DNA of 63,903 bases, filler included, from Choristocarpus tenellus KU-1152 (lineage: Eukaryota; Protista; Phaeophyceae), in assembly GCA_964200185.2 (NCBI GenBank). It is 14 parts of 14 records of this genome, joined end to end, with 100 filler letters (N's around TTAATTAATTAA, not from the genome) between each part and the next. Parts side by side here need not be neighbours in the genome. Positions count along the whole stretch, not along the records: positions 1 to 11,573 come from CAXNAD020002239.1; positions 11,674 to 15,255 come from CAXNAD020019123.1; 12 more parts are not named here. One strand, written 5' to 3'. The translations under genes and the position numbers were made by a program. Below, piece by piece: positions 1 to 13,383 of the stretch. Numbering within the stretch: the first letter of the stretch is position 1; each line of letters begins with the position of its first letter. The notes beneath the pieces are model-generated. The model was not told the origin of the DNA and ran no database searches. It worked only from the letters and a program-made list of their open reading frames with translations.

Positions 1-808
1 CCCCAGATAATTAAAGCCCCTTGAAAGTGATACGTATATATATATAGAGTCGCAAATCTTGCATAAATGGTGGTTGGAACTTTCTTCCAATGCCCCCATT
101 GCAACTGTGAAGCTGTTCAGGCGTTTGCCTGCCTTTATCTGTCAGCGCATTACAAAATTTATTGTAAGCAAATATACTACTTCGGAAATTGGAAGGAAGC
201 AAAGTAACAGTAGATTTACATCCCACAAGCTCACCCTCTTTGTTTGTAAGTGCTGTGCTGATGCATCTGGTAGGAGTTATGAAACCAATGCCATGGCAGC
301 AGCACCATCAATGATACGATGTATGAAGTTGTTGGTATGAATAGTTGTAACTGTCATCAAGACAGAATGCACACAAATAATATATGTGTATGTGCAAGAG
401 GAGCACAACAGCCAACTGGCAACCAAGTCACATCAAAATTCACCTTTTTTTTTCAAGTTGATCCCTAGCCAGGGTTTAGCAGGGCACTTAAAGCAGTACG
501 AATCAGAGTTGCAGCTTCAATCACTAGTAAGTCAGCAAGGAGCAGCAATTCGTTGAGGGTGCTCTAGAATCGCACATGTAGAAAGCACATGCAAATTACC
601 CAAAGGGGGCTTCACATTGACAGAGGCAGTGGTCTCCAACACCTATCGAGTATGATGTTGCCAGGATTTGTCCCCAATAAACATTAAGAGCTTCAGATGT
701 TAAGCAGTAAGTAGGCAGTGAGTGGTAATTTAGTTTCACAGCAAGAAAAATGTATGAACTTACCGTCTGCACCATCCTACTGTGCTGCCCGCACTCAATG
801 AAATTCAG

Positions 809-3800
809 GTTATGCCAATGGTTTGTCAGCCAATGACATCGATACAGGATGGGGAAAAAGGCATTGGAGTTGGAACAAATAGTGAGAACAAGCCAAACAT
901 GGCTTCCCCCCAAGACTCGACCCCTAACCAATCCTCATCTCCAATGTCTATGACAGCCGACACAGAGGTGAACACACGATTACGGGAGTGGGATGCAAGG
1001 TGAATAACTGTCATTCTTGTATACTAGAGCGGAGTAGTGAGTGCTCAATCTCAAAGTCATGCATTGCATGGCGCCATGTGCTCTGACTACTCTGTTTGAC
1101 TTTACTTCCCATCTGCTCAGGGGGTTTGATACAGCACTGGCCTTGTTGTCCATCAGCCAGTCCTCCTTAGTCCCAACCCACTCGCTGCCACAAGAGTCTT
1201 GTACTCCGTAGTCCATATCCCCTGCCATGCCCAGCTGTAGCTGATATTTTGTCACTAGTTTTGACCTTGTTTATTTTCTATGATATGATCAGGGTCATTG
1301 TACCTTATGGAGCACTAGCAGAGAGCGTGACAAAGGGCGATTGGTCTGGTGCTCTCCGCTTTGTTCTGTCACAGGACAACGTTGAAGGAGGAGCAGTAGC
1401 CAGCCTCCCTGGTGGAGCTTGGAACTTGGTAAGTCTTTATGTGTGAGTCGATCTCTCTCTTGCACTTGTCTTGTGCAAGGAGGTAGGTACATACGTGACA
1501 TCCTTTTTACCAGTTATTTTTTTGTCAAGGTTTTTGCCAACCTTCCCACTCACATGAGTCTCTGCAGCAGTGTCCACTTGATCTACTTGATTTCTTGAGT
1601 TGATGTGAACTATATCGAGATTTGGGTACTTTGCTGGAACATGCCGTGTAATAGAGGTTGTAGTATAATAGTATAAATGATGTCAATACATTTATGAATA
1701 TCCGTATGCCCACCCATTATAAACAACCATCTTGCAATGGTCATCATACCTTTTTTTTTATTCAGCATGGTAAAGTTGTTGCAATCTATAGGTTAGGGGC
1801 ATTTATGCTTACTTGGTAAACTTGTGGTGAGGATGTATAGGTCAAGTTGAGAATGCTCTAGTGATACAACCTCTGTGACATGTGATAATGTACCAGGAAC
1901 TGGATGGTGGCAGTCCATTTGATGATGACAGTGTTCTGATCAAGACAGCTGTGAGGACAGCCCATGCTTCTGCAGGGTAAGGTACATGATGTGGATGTGG
2001 GGACAGACTGAAACTGCTCATGGATGTATTGACATTGATATTGAATCAATTCCATTTTTGTACTCTACCCTTATCAGCCTCTTGTGCTGGTTGGTCTCCA
2101 GTTATATTGCCACCTTCCATTCATGTGTAGCCAAGGTAGGGATGAACAGTACTGTACTGTAGGATCATCTGTGTACCATATTATGTAAGCAAGACACACT
2201 TTGTGTAGAGTTGTGAACACGAGAGTGTGGTATCTCTCATAGTGAATGCATGCCATTGATAATCCATACAACATGCTTACAGTGGAAGGCGAATCTATCC
2301 TCAATATCAGTACATACACCAGGACCAACTGCAGGCGCACTGTCCTTTCCTTGTCAATTCCTCTCACACACCAAAAGACAGACTACAAGCTACATGCTAA
2401 TTGCTGATGTCACACAAAAACGATTTGTCGGCTTTGTCAGACACCAAGTTGCTTCTAAGAGCTTTAGACTGTTTAATTATACATACTAGTAGTTCTGAGT
2501 GTTACGTAGTGGGTCTAATGTCAGAGTAGACACCTTGGGGTATGGTGTTGAAGTAATGTAGTCCATCTTATTTATAGTACACACAGTTCACATACCATTA
2601 GTGCAGTGGGTGTGGTTTTAAGAGTGACTGATCCCAATCACTTGATGGTATAAAGGTGCACACTTTGGATTGAACAAGGTGAAAAAAATATTTTTCCACA
2701 TTTTAACATGTATTGTTCTATGTAAGGGTGGATCTGGGGTCATGCTCAACCTGGCTAAAGTTCTGTGAGGTGCACCATGACAGGCGCACCTCTGTGGTGT
2801 TCCTCTGTGGTGGAGGTGTACAATTTTCAACTGAGGTTGGTTTGCATTGTCCCCTTTTTTCATGGTTTTGGTTCATTTTTAACATGCAGACACTCAAAAC
2901 GCATCGAGTGAGTTACCTTGAATTGCAGCTGGTGTAGTAAGGCATGTGTGGAATAGTAAGGTGTTGTGGTTGTGATTTGAAGAGCAAATGTTTGCAGTTT
3001 GTTAGAAATGGACCAATTGTACTTGAGTCAGCATATTATACAAGAGCATATTATACAAGAGCATATTATACAAGAGCAAGAAACCGGTGTATCCCAGCAA
3101 AATTGATTATTGTAAATGGTTGTAGCCCATACCACTCTGCATCCCACATGTCGTCTACTTTCCCACCCACCCAGTCCTTGAATGACCATTTTTTAGTTGT
3201 TGACTATGTGTGGCTCAAACCCTGGAGGACGAACGCCAATATAGATGTCTATGAGTACTGCAATGAAGTGATGTTATCTTGTCTGATTTAGGTGTGGTTT
3301 GAATTGGTGGCAGTGACCTTGAGAGAGACCTGTAGAAAGTGTAACAGTGTTGGATAATACTCTTGTACAATCATGTACAACTGTTGCTATACATATTGGA
3401 AATGGTACTTCAATGTTACTTCAAAGTACCAATCATAGTGTAACTTGTGAGCAATCATTGGGACTGCAGTCCTAAAGCAGTACCTTCCTTGTCTTATAAT
3501 TGAAGGGGCGATGCTACTGATAGCTGTTACGCTGTTTGGGGTGTTGAAGTATGCCACTCTTTTTAGGATTTGAACGGTACACATTTTTGTTCACCACTCT
3601 CATACTCTCATACTCTGATACAATACACCACTTCAAATAGGATCATGGACCAGACCCCCTTGTGAAGACAATAGCTGATATCCTTGGTGGAGAAAATGCA
3701 AGCCAAGACAAAACCCAACAAGCTGGGGGATCATTGGATGAATCCTCCTTCTCCTTCAGCTTCGAGGTGATTGTGGTGATTGTACAGGGGTGGTATATAT

Positions 3801-6800
3801 TTGTTTTCCCAGACTTCCTTTTTGGGCGGGAGGGAGGGAATGACTGAATACACATCATAACTTAGTAATTAGAAGTTGTTTAGTAGTCATGAAGCCTTTG
3901 TCTGTAGAGGTGGCACTTGATGAGGAAAATGATGTAATCTGCAAAGGAAAGCATTGGCGAGAACTACATTGTGCACCCTGGACCATGTTGCCATGTGACT
4001 AAATTTTTGTGCAGTGCTTTTGTTCCTGTTGCATGATGCACCTTATCAATTTCCTTCAACCCACCCACGTTGAACATATTGAATTATATACCTTTGTATA
4101 TTTTACGGTCACAGGTGATGTCAAGGTAAGGGTATTGATGTTCCAGCCCCTAAATCCAACAACTAATTATTTCCCATTCAGTACTGGGAAAAACTTGAAG
4201 GGAATTTGGTGCAATGACAAGATAATCTCCAAGTTTCTTCCCAATGGTACAATGTTAAGGTTCTTTGAAGGATAATATTTATATTCATAGCTTCACATGC
4301 CCTGCACTCGTATCACATAGATACTAAAGATTAAAGACCCTAGTCATGGATAATTTAGTTTTAGTGCTTGTTTTGTGCCTCTCAACTTAGGTGGCCCTTT
4401 GCATGGAGTTCTTGTGGGGAATTATTTCAAGGGATTGGGCAGCTGTAGTTCTGGACTCAATAAGGTGGGTGATAGTGTAACTGTGTGACCTCAGAGAGCA
4501 GGCCATCGCAAAGGGCATGACTAGCAGATTATATTATTGGTATGATATTGTGCAGTGATATGTCTATATAACCTTATATAACCTGTATGCACCTCTTTAT
4601 CCAGGGTGCAAGCTTATTCGAGGAAAAAGCAAGGGGATTCATCAGCACCTGAGGGAAATGATTTGGAGAGAGATGGGCCAGGGGAGGCTATAGTTGCAAT
4701 GGAAGAGAGCCCAGAAGAGGTATGTCTAAGACAAATTACCCTTAATAGTAATATTAATATTAATATAGCAATGTTACAAGTGTCTGCTGTTTGTTCAAAA
4801 GGTCTTTGAAGGAAAAGACATACAACCATGTCATACGTGTAACACAGGTTTTGTACAAGTAACGAGCACACCATATGTTAGTATAAGCTCGTTAATGACC
4901 TAAGTACTACCCCTTGGCCTAGACATTTAATTGTGGAAGGTCACCCACACCAATGCCAATGTCAATGATTGTCTTTACTTCTAGGAAAAGGTGTGTGCAC
5001 TTAACTTCAGTCTGATCTTGTTCAGGGCAAAGTGAAAAAAAAATCTATCCACATCAACAAATCAACGAAGTCCTTTTTTTTAATACAAACAGACAGGAAG
5101 ATTTGTCATTTTTGTCATGATTAATGTTAATCATATCACTATTGTCAATGGTGTCACCACATGGCCTCTGTATGATGCGGTCAATTAGACTTAACCATAA
5201 CCCTATCCCTGCCATGGATATGGCTGTGAACAAACAACACGACTTGTTGTTTTGTGTTGTGTAATGTGAAAAGGTTCAAGCTGCTTTTGACTTCTTTGAC
5301 AGAAAGGGAGAGGGGAGATTGCCATCGGACCAGTTGGAGGCTATTCTGTTTGAGGGAGGTGCCAGGTAAGGGAAAAAAATGTTTCAAATTGATCTATCTG
5401 TGAGTGGAGAGTGTCAAAAGGATTGGGACAGAATTCATTGAGATGTATATATATATTATTATTATTCTTCCCCTTCGTTAGTGGTAACTCTTGAACTGTC
5501 CCACTAAATGATGCACTAATTTGGTCTGAGAGGCAAAGTAATGTATTGCAGTCATATATGACTGGTAAACAGGTTCAATAATGAATGTTTGCTTCTGCCC
5601 CAGGAGTGGCACTTGTCCCTTGCCGCCTCTGATACATGTTTGATAATTATAGGAACAGCATGTGTGTGTGTCATCCTCATTGTATTTTTTGGCAATCTTC
5701 AAATGGTTTTGGCCTTGGTGCCCATCAAGGGGCTACCAAGGGGCTATGGTGTATGTAAATATTAATTGGCTTAAAGTTTGCAAGGTTGTGTTTGTTGAGT
5801 TGAAATTTGTCAATTCCAGGCTAATACCAGTGAAAACCATGCCTGTTATGTTCATCATTTGCATAACTTGAATTTTTTCTTTAGGGATTTGGTTTTGTGA
5901 TTCTATGACAGTCTACTAGAATGATAACCATGGTGCTAGTAATACTATTGTGTATATTTTATTGGAGTCTGAATAATTGCACCCAATGCTGTTTGACTTC
6001 TTCATACTGCAATCTGCTCTTGCCCAGAACGATAAGATGTGTTGAATCAATATGTCCCCCCAAGTGCTTTTTTATGGAGTATACTGCACTATTATTAGAG
6101 TCATACTGTAGAAGTATGTTCTGGTTTTAGTAAGAGGAACATTGGTGCAGTGATTTGTAGCATCAAGTATTAAAAAATTGTAAATCAGTTGCAACCAAAT
6201 TAACAGGTACTTTGGATTATTTAGTTATATTTCAGTGTGTTATTATTTTTTTCTCAGACTATAGTATTTAACTAATATCTAGGATTTAACACTTTGGAGT
6301 ACTAGTAATGAATAGTTTACTTTGCTATTATTTATAATAGTTGACACTTTCAAGTACTCATATCTACCCTTTGCAAGCATCCCTCCAAGAGTACCAAGCC
6401 AACCCTTGTTTGCATACAGCACTCTTCCTCGCCCTCTATGTCATTCACAGCTTCTTCCAGGCACCCTTCTAACCACCAAATAATTATCATGGTAGGCTTG
6501 TTGATGCAGTTCTGATGTGATGTATGCTCATTTCTACAAAAAATGTAACTGTCAAGACATGATGGCCAATGATGTGCATTTAACCAAAAGCATTTGTGAT
6601 ATACGCTCAAGTGTATTGAAAGCCTTTCATCATATTGATGTCAATGTGTACAAAATTTGGTCAGTAAAGGAAATATATCAATATATCGCTTGGGCAACAG
6701 AAGTTCATAGGTTCCAGTGTCGTTTATATTTTATATCTACTTGGAGCGACTTTAGTATAGCAGAGTATCACACCACTTTACTATTATTGGTATTAATGAC

Positions 6801-8748
6801 AGGGAATTGCAGAAAACCTTGGCACTCAAAGCTGACCAAGTACATCTTACAGATCAAAGGGTTGTAGTATGAAGACTTACTTGAGAATACATCAGTTGAA
6901 ACTTCACAATAGCGTATTCGAGATATTGGTGACCCTCTTCTAGGGAAAAGGGTTGAACTGGTTAAATGGATCTTTCCAACCGCAGGACCAATTTGAATTG
7001 GTGATACATAGTATATGGTACATAGTACGTTATTTATTGACTACATCTGTGCACATGAAGCACTCTATTTTTACTTTTTATCTTCAACAGAAATACCCTC
7101 ATCACTGACTCTGGTTCCTGGGAACTGTTACTTGCCAACAGTGTCATACTGAGGTCATTGCTGAGTTGTAGGAGTGGATCGTTCTGACTATACCACTTTT
7201 ATACACATTAGGAGGGAATTACACTCACTTGCTTGGTGGACAATATCTTCTAACCTGTCTTTCACATGATGCTCCCTTTATTTAATGTGTATACATCCCA
7301 TAGGCTCTAACCCTAAATGCCCAACCTCTAGATGAGACCAAGTCAGTCATCTGACATCACTTTGCAGACATATCTTTCTATTTGCCACTACAATCAGTAC
7401 TATTATATGGCGCTATATGTTGTTTGGTTTGGCTATACTTGTTGCATACACATGCTTTGGGTAGTGCTATTCTAGTATCAAGGGATGTACATCACATCAC
7501 TCTTATGAAAGTACTCAGGAGTACCTAAAGCACAATAGCAATTGACCAACAACTGACTGTTTGGTGTTCAAGCTTCAAGCTATCGCTATCTGTCTGATGT
7601 TTGATGTTTGATGTTCAGGTTTCAAGCTATCACTATCTGTCTGATGTTTGAATAGTGTGCACCACCACCACTGACAGTCTGACAGACAAGGACCAGTATC
7701 AGTGGACATTCATGAAGAGGGGGAGCCTAACACTGTCTTTATATCAAATGACACAATATTCTTACAAGCATACATAGATACCATCCACTTGGAGTCAATG
7801 TAAACACTGATGGAGTGCATGTATGCAGCCCCTTTCATCAAGTATGTTCTGATAATGTGTTGGCGTATTCACTTATTAAAGCACACATTTCCACACTTTT
7901 CCTCCAGTACACTCAATTAGTTTGAACGTCTGTTGGCACCACTACTTCGTCTGTGTTCACCCCAACATGCACTCAAGCAATCAATTCGGGTAGTCAATCC
8001 TTAAAAATGTGTTCTCACAAAAAAAAATCCAAATCATATTTGACCAGATTAATATAAATAGTAAGTCCACTGGTTAGTCAAAAATATCTTGAAAATATGT
8101 ATCTATTGTATTTTTTTAGGTTCATTTGCGGTTGATATAGTTTCCAGAGATACTTGAGTCAATGTGTGAAACAACACTTATCTCAGGGATAATTTGATGA
8201 GGGTGGTTACACTGGTGCAATTGTGTTGTGTATGCCACAAAAAAAAAAAAGTTCATCACAAACTCTAATCTGCCTATTTTCCACATTGAAGCTCCAGGCC
8301 CTACTGGTGTAATTCGTGTTCGGTATGGGGGATACAAGAGAATAACCTCAATGAAGTGCATGCGTCGTGAGTACATCAAATACTTCTGTAGTGAAGCTTG
8401 TAGGTTGGAAGGCAACCTAGCAGCCACATAAGAATCACAGAGTGTGTCCGATACTTGTCTTTTGTGGTGGTAATGCTGACTTTTCTTTTGTAACCTGAGA
8501 CATAGATTGTACATAGAGATTATTTCACTTTTGCAGTGTGTTGGTGCCCCTGGTTTTCATTATCTTGTTTTAAACGCAAAAGTTGCAACTATTTTTAACC
8601 TCGTATTCCCCGCAGACTATCGCTATCCTCGGCGAAGTGGCTTATGTCACAATGCTGTACGAACTCTTCTGGACATCCAAAAGGTTTTTATGATTACAGG
8701 CGACTGCTATCGAGTGCATCATCAACCCGACCTTGGGCAAGGGACTAG
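809..8748 (+). CDS. CCAR1: CCAR1/CCAR2(DBC1)-family protein, 5'-incomplete, at least 9 exons
   Basis: Hand-spliced GT-AG exons with matching phases: 809(or 830)-999, 1293-1428, 1897-1976, 2727-2835, 3641-3766, 4391-4464, 4605-4719, 5274-5365, 8616-8748 (TAG). The peptide has WDARVIV...LRFVL...GGAWNL|ELDGGSPFDDDSVLIKTAVRTAHASAG|VDLGSCSTWLKFCEVHHDRRTSVVFL, matching the DBC1 (Nudix-like) domain (cf. GGHWSPSLDGPDP...SVLIKTAIR...GIDLS.C..W..F.EI.Y.R). It continues with SFE|VALCMEFL...RDW (cf. SFEVSLFAELF...RDFG), a degenerate EF-hand AFDFFDRKGEGRL...LEAIL, and LSLSSAKWL...YRRL. The symbol is family-level; CCAR1 vs CCAR2 orthology is not resolvable. Confidence 0.88.
3031..3078. repeat. 15-bp minisatellite (GCATATTATACAAGA)x3 in an intron
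   Basis: Three exact tandem copies. Confidence 0.9.
7559..7650. repeat. Short tandem duplication (~50 bp x2)
   Basis: TGTTCAaGcTTCAAGCTATCgCTATCTGTCTGATGTTTG occurs twice with a few substitutions. Confidence 0.75.
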
Positions 8749-9106
8749 CAACCAAAATGTGTAGGAGTGGGATAAAAAATTGTGCTATTTATGGCATTAT
8801 GGAGAGGTATATTTTGTGTTGTTGTAGCAAGATGGGGTAGGTACTTTTTAGTGTTGCTGCTAACTCAGTGATGAGGCATGAGTTACATGGTCCTGGACTA
8901 TTGTCAATCATTTTGGAGCACATGCTAGGGAGACTAACCCCATGGACATGTTGGGTTCAGTTCAATGTAAAATAGGACTCTACAAGTATGCAATATAGAG
9001 CAGAAATCGTAGTCAGCTGATTTTGGAGAGATCCAATAGTTTGTAAATCATATTTTCCATAAATCAACCAATGCCGAGATGTCCAAGTCGAAACTTGTAC
9101 CTACAT

Positions 9107-9282
9107 GGACCAAAGCATCTGGAGGGGGTGGCAGCTGTCCATTGGGGGGCCATTTTTCCATATCGTTGTTTTGGGGTGATTTGATTGCATGCATCGGATG
9201 GATAATGTAAAAGGTTCACTTCTCCTGGTCATAGTCTGAATGGACACTGGTGCAGACCCCCCCCCCCCAGATTCTTTGAGCC
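9107..9282 (+). mobile_element. MITE family A, diverged full-length copy
   Basis: Ends are GGACCAAAGCATCTGG...CCCCAGATTCTTTGAGCC and the internal sequence aligns with 15806-15981. No clean TSD. Confidence 0.85.
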
Positions 9283-11540
9283 TCATGACACGTTTCAAAT
9301 TTCAGCCCCTAATGATCAACTTGCCTCAACCACCCCAGTCACCTCACTCCAAATATACTGGCAACAAATTATGGTATGTTTCTGATTTGTTTCTCATGTT
9401 ACTGAAATACAAGACCCAACTGGACCAAAAACATCTCGTTTTATTACATCTTTCATCTTGCAAACTGATGTGAAGACTAATGCCATGCATGCTCACCTAT
9501 AGTTCTGATGATTGGGACATCTCCAGGTATAGCTCATTATCTCATGTTAGGGTCAGTTGATTATGCCATGTTGAGTGAAAGGATCATCCACAAGAACAGG
9601 CTGTTATGTATGATGAATATGTTCTGCTGATTAAAGAGGATGCCATCATGTAGAAATATTTGAGGATCGGTTTGGTAAGGCAAGGACATCTGCAGTGCCT
9701 TTCAACATAAATTACAGTGAATCACAGGCCTGTGAAAATGAATCAAGAGTCATTGGCATCTTCAACGAAAATCTAACATTACCCCAAACCCTGTGGAAGA
9801 CAGGCTATTTTTGCGATGAATATGCTTAATATACAAGTAGAGTACTGTTGCAGAAGGCACTCCCAACATTATACGCTCACTGTGGTCATGACACGATGTT
9901 TGCTTGTAGATGAATTAATAGTCTACAATTGTAAGTGGTAATAGCAGTATTCTAGAGATTCAATGACAAGGGTCTCAATCACATGTCACACAGCTCAATG
10001 AAGCAAGTTGATGGACACCATGATCGATCAATGATGACATTGAGTTCGATTTCTTTCATGACACTCTGTTGAGAGGCTACCACAGAACCTTACTTGGCAT
10101 ATAGTAGTACAATCTAAAGTTCAAATATTGAGTGTGGACCATGTATGAGCTCTAGGGAATATACAGGCTACAATCTACTCACTTCACACACACTTGGTGG
10201 TCACATGCCGATCAGTGCAGTATGGTGCCATGCAGTAGGTATTTTTTTGGTCCAGCTATGTTATGTTTCCACTAGAAACCGTTGATGGCATTTATCTTTC
10301 ATGTGGAATTACTCCTATACCTATTGTAGTAAAAGCAGAATGTCATACAGCTAGGTGGGCAAAGGCATGAAAAACTCAGAGTGGGAAGTCCACAGTTGAA
10401 AAAAAATGGTTACTAGTGATTGAACATCATAAATAGCCCCCTCCAGGGGTTGCATGTCAGAGAGGTGGAGACGAGGGAGTGTGGTGTGACACCCTGCATC
10501 GTTCAGGGCGAGTGAGGTGATTCTTTATTATTATTATTATTATTATTATCATGAAGACTAGATGTGTGTCGAAATCTGACCTACATATGAACTGTACTAA
10601 CATAGTGGGACTCAAACTTCAAAAAACTCGCAGAAAAAAACAGGTGCTGTCACTTCCACAGGATGGACAGACAAGAATTACTTGTTTTACACTGTACGTA
10701 TGTGAGAGGGACCGAAAAGGTAGCTGTACAAGGTCGCCTTCTTGTGTTTCAAGGCATCTTTTGCAATTCACCCTAATTTCCATGGAAAAAGAAAGTGACT
10801 AAGATTGACCTTTAATTTCTATTGTTTTAAATATTTCGACAGACTTCCAAAAAGTCTTTGAATGCATTTGTACAAACGCCGAATTTGAACATTTGTTGGC
10901 ATCGGTATAATGTAACTGAATTATTTTTGTTTATTTGGGGTTAAGCCGACAATACTGGTAAGGTTTTCCAAGTTTTTTCAGGATTTTTTTTGTTTTAATA
11001 GGTATCCATGGGTAAGTAAGTCTATATATGAGGACGATGCCCAGTAGTTGGATGTAGGTGCAGTAGGATAGAAAGGTATTGGTCGTAGAGGTGCATTTAA
11101 GGACTCCAAGTTCGAAACAGGAAAAACAGCTCTATAGAGCCTGTAAATATTTAATGGAAAGAATTTTTGGTTATATAAGGTACATACGTGAGAGGAACCC
11201 AAAGAGTAGGTGCTGGTTGACTGTTATATTTTTCAGGGGTTTTATCCTTCGAAAAAGTGTGCATGAGCGCAAGCAAACCTACACGTGAGGACGATAGCTG
11301 GTACTGCTAAGATAGACGATTGGACAGACAGAAATTACTCGGAGTTACACAACATGGACGTGAGAGGGGTGAAAAGATTGTGAAGGCCGTTTGATAACCC
11401 AAACCTAAAAGATTTACAGGGGGACTCGAAGGGTGTTGTGAGAGAGTAAAGTACAACAGGTTCTATCATCGGACTAGTGTTGATTCAAAACATCCCAAAT
11501 TTTACTTCGTTCTATATTTCGTGTTTCGTACAGTACATAA

Positions 11541-11573
11541 CAGCCGATCACCAAAATTGAGGATGGAGCATAC
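11541..11573 (+). mobile_element. Terminus of repeat family B (CAGnnGATTyTCAAAATTGAGGATGGAGC), cut by a gap
   Basis: The same motif occurs at 28218 and 31405, each running into a contig gap. Confidence 0.65.
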
Positions 11574-11673
11574 NNNNNNNNNNNNNNNNNNNNNNNNNNN
11601 NNNNNNNNNNNNNNNNNTTAATTAATTAANNNNNNNNNNNNNNNNNNNNNNNNNNNNNNNNNNNNNNNNNNNN
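11574..11673. other. Artificial 100-bp contig linker (first of 13)
   Basis: N44-TTAATTAATTAA-N44, with stops in all six frames. The others are 15256-15355, 19728-19827, 23981-24080, 28333-28432, 31497-31596, 37424-37523, 41460-41559, 45852-45951, 49688-49787, 53157-53256, 56808-56907 and 61239-61338. Confidence 0.97.
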
Positions 11674-11714
11674 ATTTCGTTTATTATTTGGTAAGAGGTG
11701 GTTTTCTCCCCCCC

Positions 11715-11745
<31 letters not shown>

Positions 11746-11870
11746 AAAAAGAAGCTTATCCCCACATCTATATTAAACTCTACTCACTTTGGTTCCTTCA
11801 CTGACAGTCCCTTTGCTAACCCTTGGATCCACTCTCCCCTTGCCTATCTCCTTAGCCCACTGCCTTTTAG

Positions 11871-13383
11871 TCTCACGTAATGGTTCAGCAGCAGTTAGCA
11901 GGCCTCCCACAGATAGTGCAACTGTGCGGAACTTTGTGTACCTATGCCAAAGGTCTCCCTCCACCACATTGGCAAAAGCCCTGCAACACTTCTGCATTCG
12001 AACAGCACTATCCAGTCCTGGGATGGACTTGAGAGGTCCCAACAACCATGAGAGTCAGACCAAGAAAGACGGACCAGGTAAGTTTTGCAGAGCAGGCAAA
12101 TGCATCCTATTAGCTCAACATGCAGCAAAACCAGCTCTCGATCCTTAACACTACTACTACATCTCCCCGACGATTGTTGCAACAGTTGTGCTGTCTCCCT
12201 GATTATCACCACCACTGACTGGTCGTTTTTATTTTCGATATCCCATGTGATATCATCAGCCCGTGGTCAGTCGCAACAGTTTCAGTCACATGCATAGGCG
12301 ACACAATCCAATGAGAATCTTTACTGATCATCGTCGTGTTGATACCTCGCCCGAGCTGACTTTTTCTTACCTTCTTCTGCTTGGATCGTTCACTGTCGAA
12401 TGGGGTTGTCGTGGGAGACGTTTTTGATTTCAGGCAATCACCGCTGCCGAAACATGCCGATGCTCCTAAAATTCCATCCGCCACCTTCACTTGCACATGA
12501 AAAGATCAGGTTAAGCAAGTAAAATAACAGTGGCAATTGCAGGAAATAGACAAGGAGCCAGAGATTTCCCATTCAACAAAGTTTAATCTTTTCACTTCTT
12601 AGAGTAGTAGAAAAAGCAGTGTCAATCAGAGACATGTTCACGCCACCTTTTCCCTTGTGTCCTTTCACCCTCTCTATCTCTCTCATGCATTGGGATAAGG
12701 ACAAAAATGGAAAGGAATTAGGACAAAGCAACCCCAGCCTTCACGTCATATTTTGTCTTGGGTTAGGGTAAGGGTTAGGATGAGAGGCTTGGCATGACCT
12801 TCCCCTCCAGATATATCAAGGGAGCTGCACTATTTTCCTAAATGTCAGACTTGGTCACATGCCTTAGTGTTCATGGTGTGCTTGTGTACAGAATCTTGAA
12901 GCAAAACCTTAGTGTACATCTCCATCACTTTGTTGAGCTCCATTTTGAACTTTCCTTTCCTTGGGAGGTTCTGTCAGAGCATGGAGCAAGGTGGGTGAGG
13001 AAACAAGTATCTCAAAGCTGTGGATACAAGCAGGGCAAGGTGTGAAGACTTGTTAAGAAAAGGGAAGCACATATTTATGCTGAACTACTTGGGGGTGGAG
13101 GGGAAAGGATATATATCAGGATAGTTTTGGCTATTGGCACGATTGGGTTAGGGTTCCAACTATGTGCGTAACAAACCCCTGCCAGCATCCTTCCTACGCT
13201 GTTCTTTGGTATGCCCTACTGCAGGCAGTAAGACTTGTGCCACCAGTGGATGTCACTCCTGTCGAAGACTGTGTCCATTCAACGAGATCTTCACTACTAC
13301 ACCAAGATCCTAGCATTCAGAGGAAGGAAAAATTGATCACCCTTCGCCCATCGCAACCGGCTAGCGATTTTTCTTTTTTTTAA
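11871..13383 (+). CDS. Hypothetical protein, 3' exons of a spliced gene fragment
   Basis: Phase-compatible exons: 11871-12077 (ttttag|...CCAG|gtaagt), 12849-13039 (alternative donor 12990) and 13225-13383 (TAA). Peptide ...TVRNFVYLCQRSPSTTLAKALQHFCIRTAL...|DLVTCLSVHGVLVYRILKQNL...FPWEVL... No family recognised. Confidence 0.45.

Noticed and set aside
59-707. Additional upstream CCAR exons (e.g. ~469-527)
   Set aside because: Splice sites are plausible, but there is no recognisable homology to fix the frame.
11618-11629. TTAATTAATTAA as a biological motif
   Set aside because: It is always centred in exactly 100-bp N blocks, so it is an assembly linker.
12206-12496. Minus-strand exon or ORF
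   Set aside because: No partner exons were found, and it lies in an intron of the better-supported plus-strand model.
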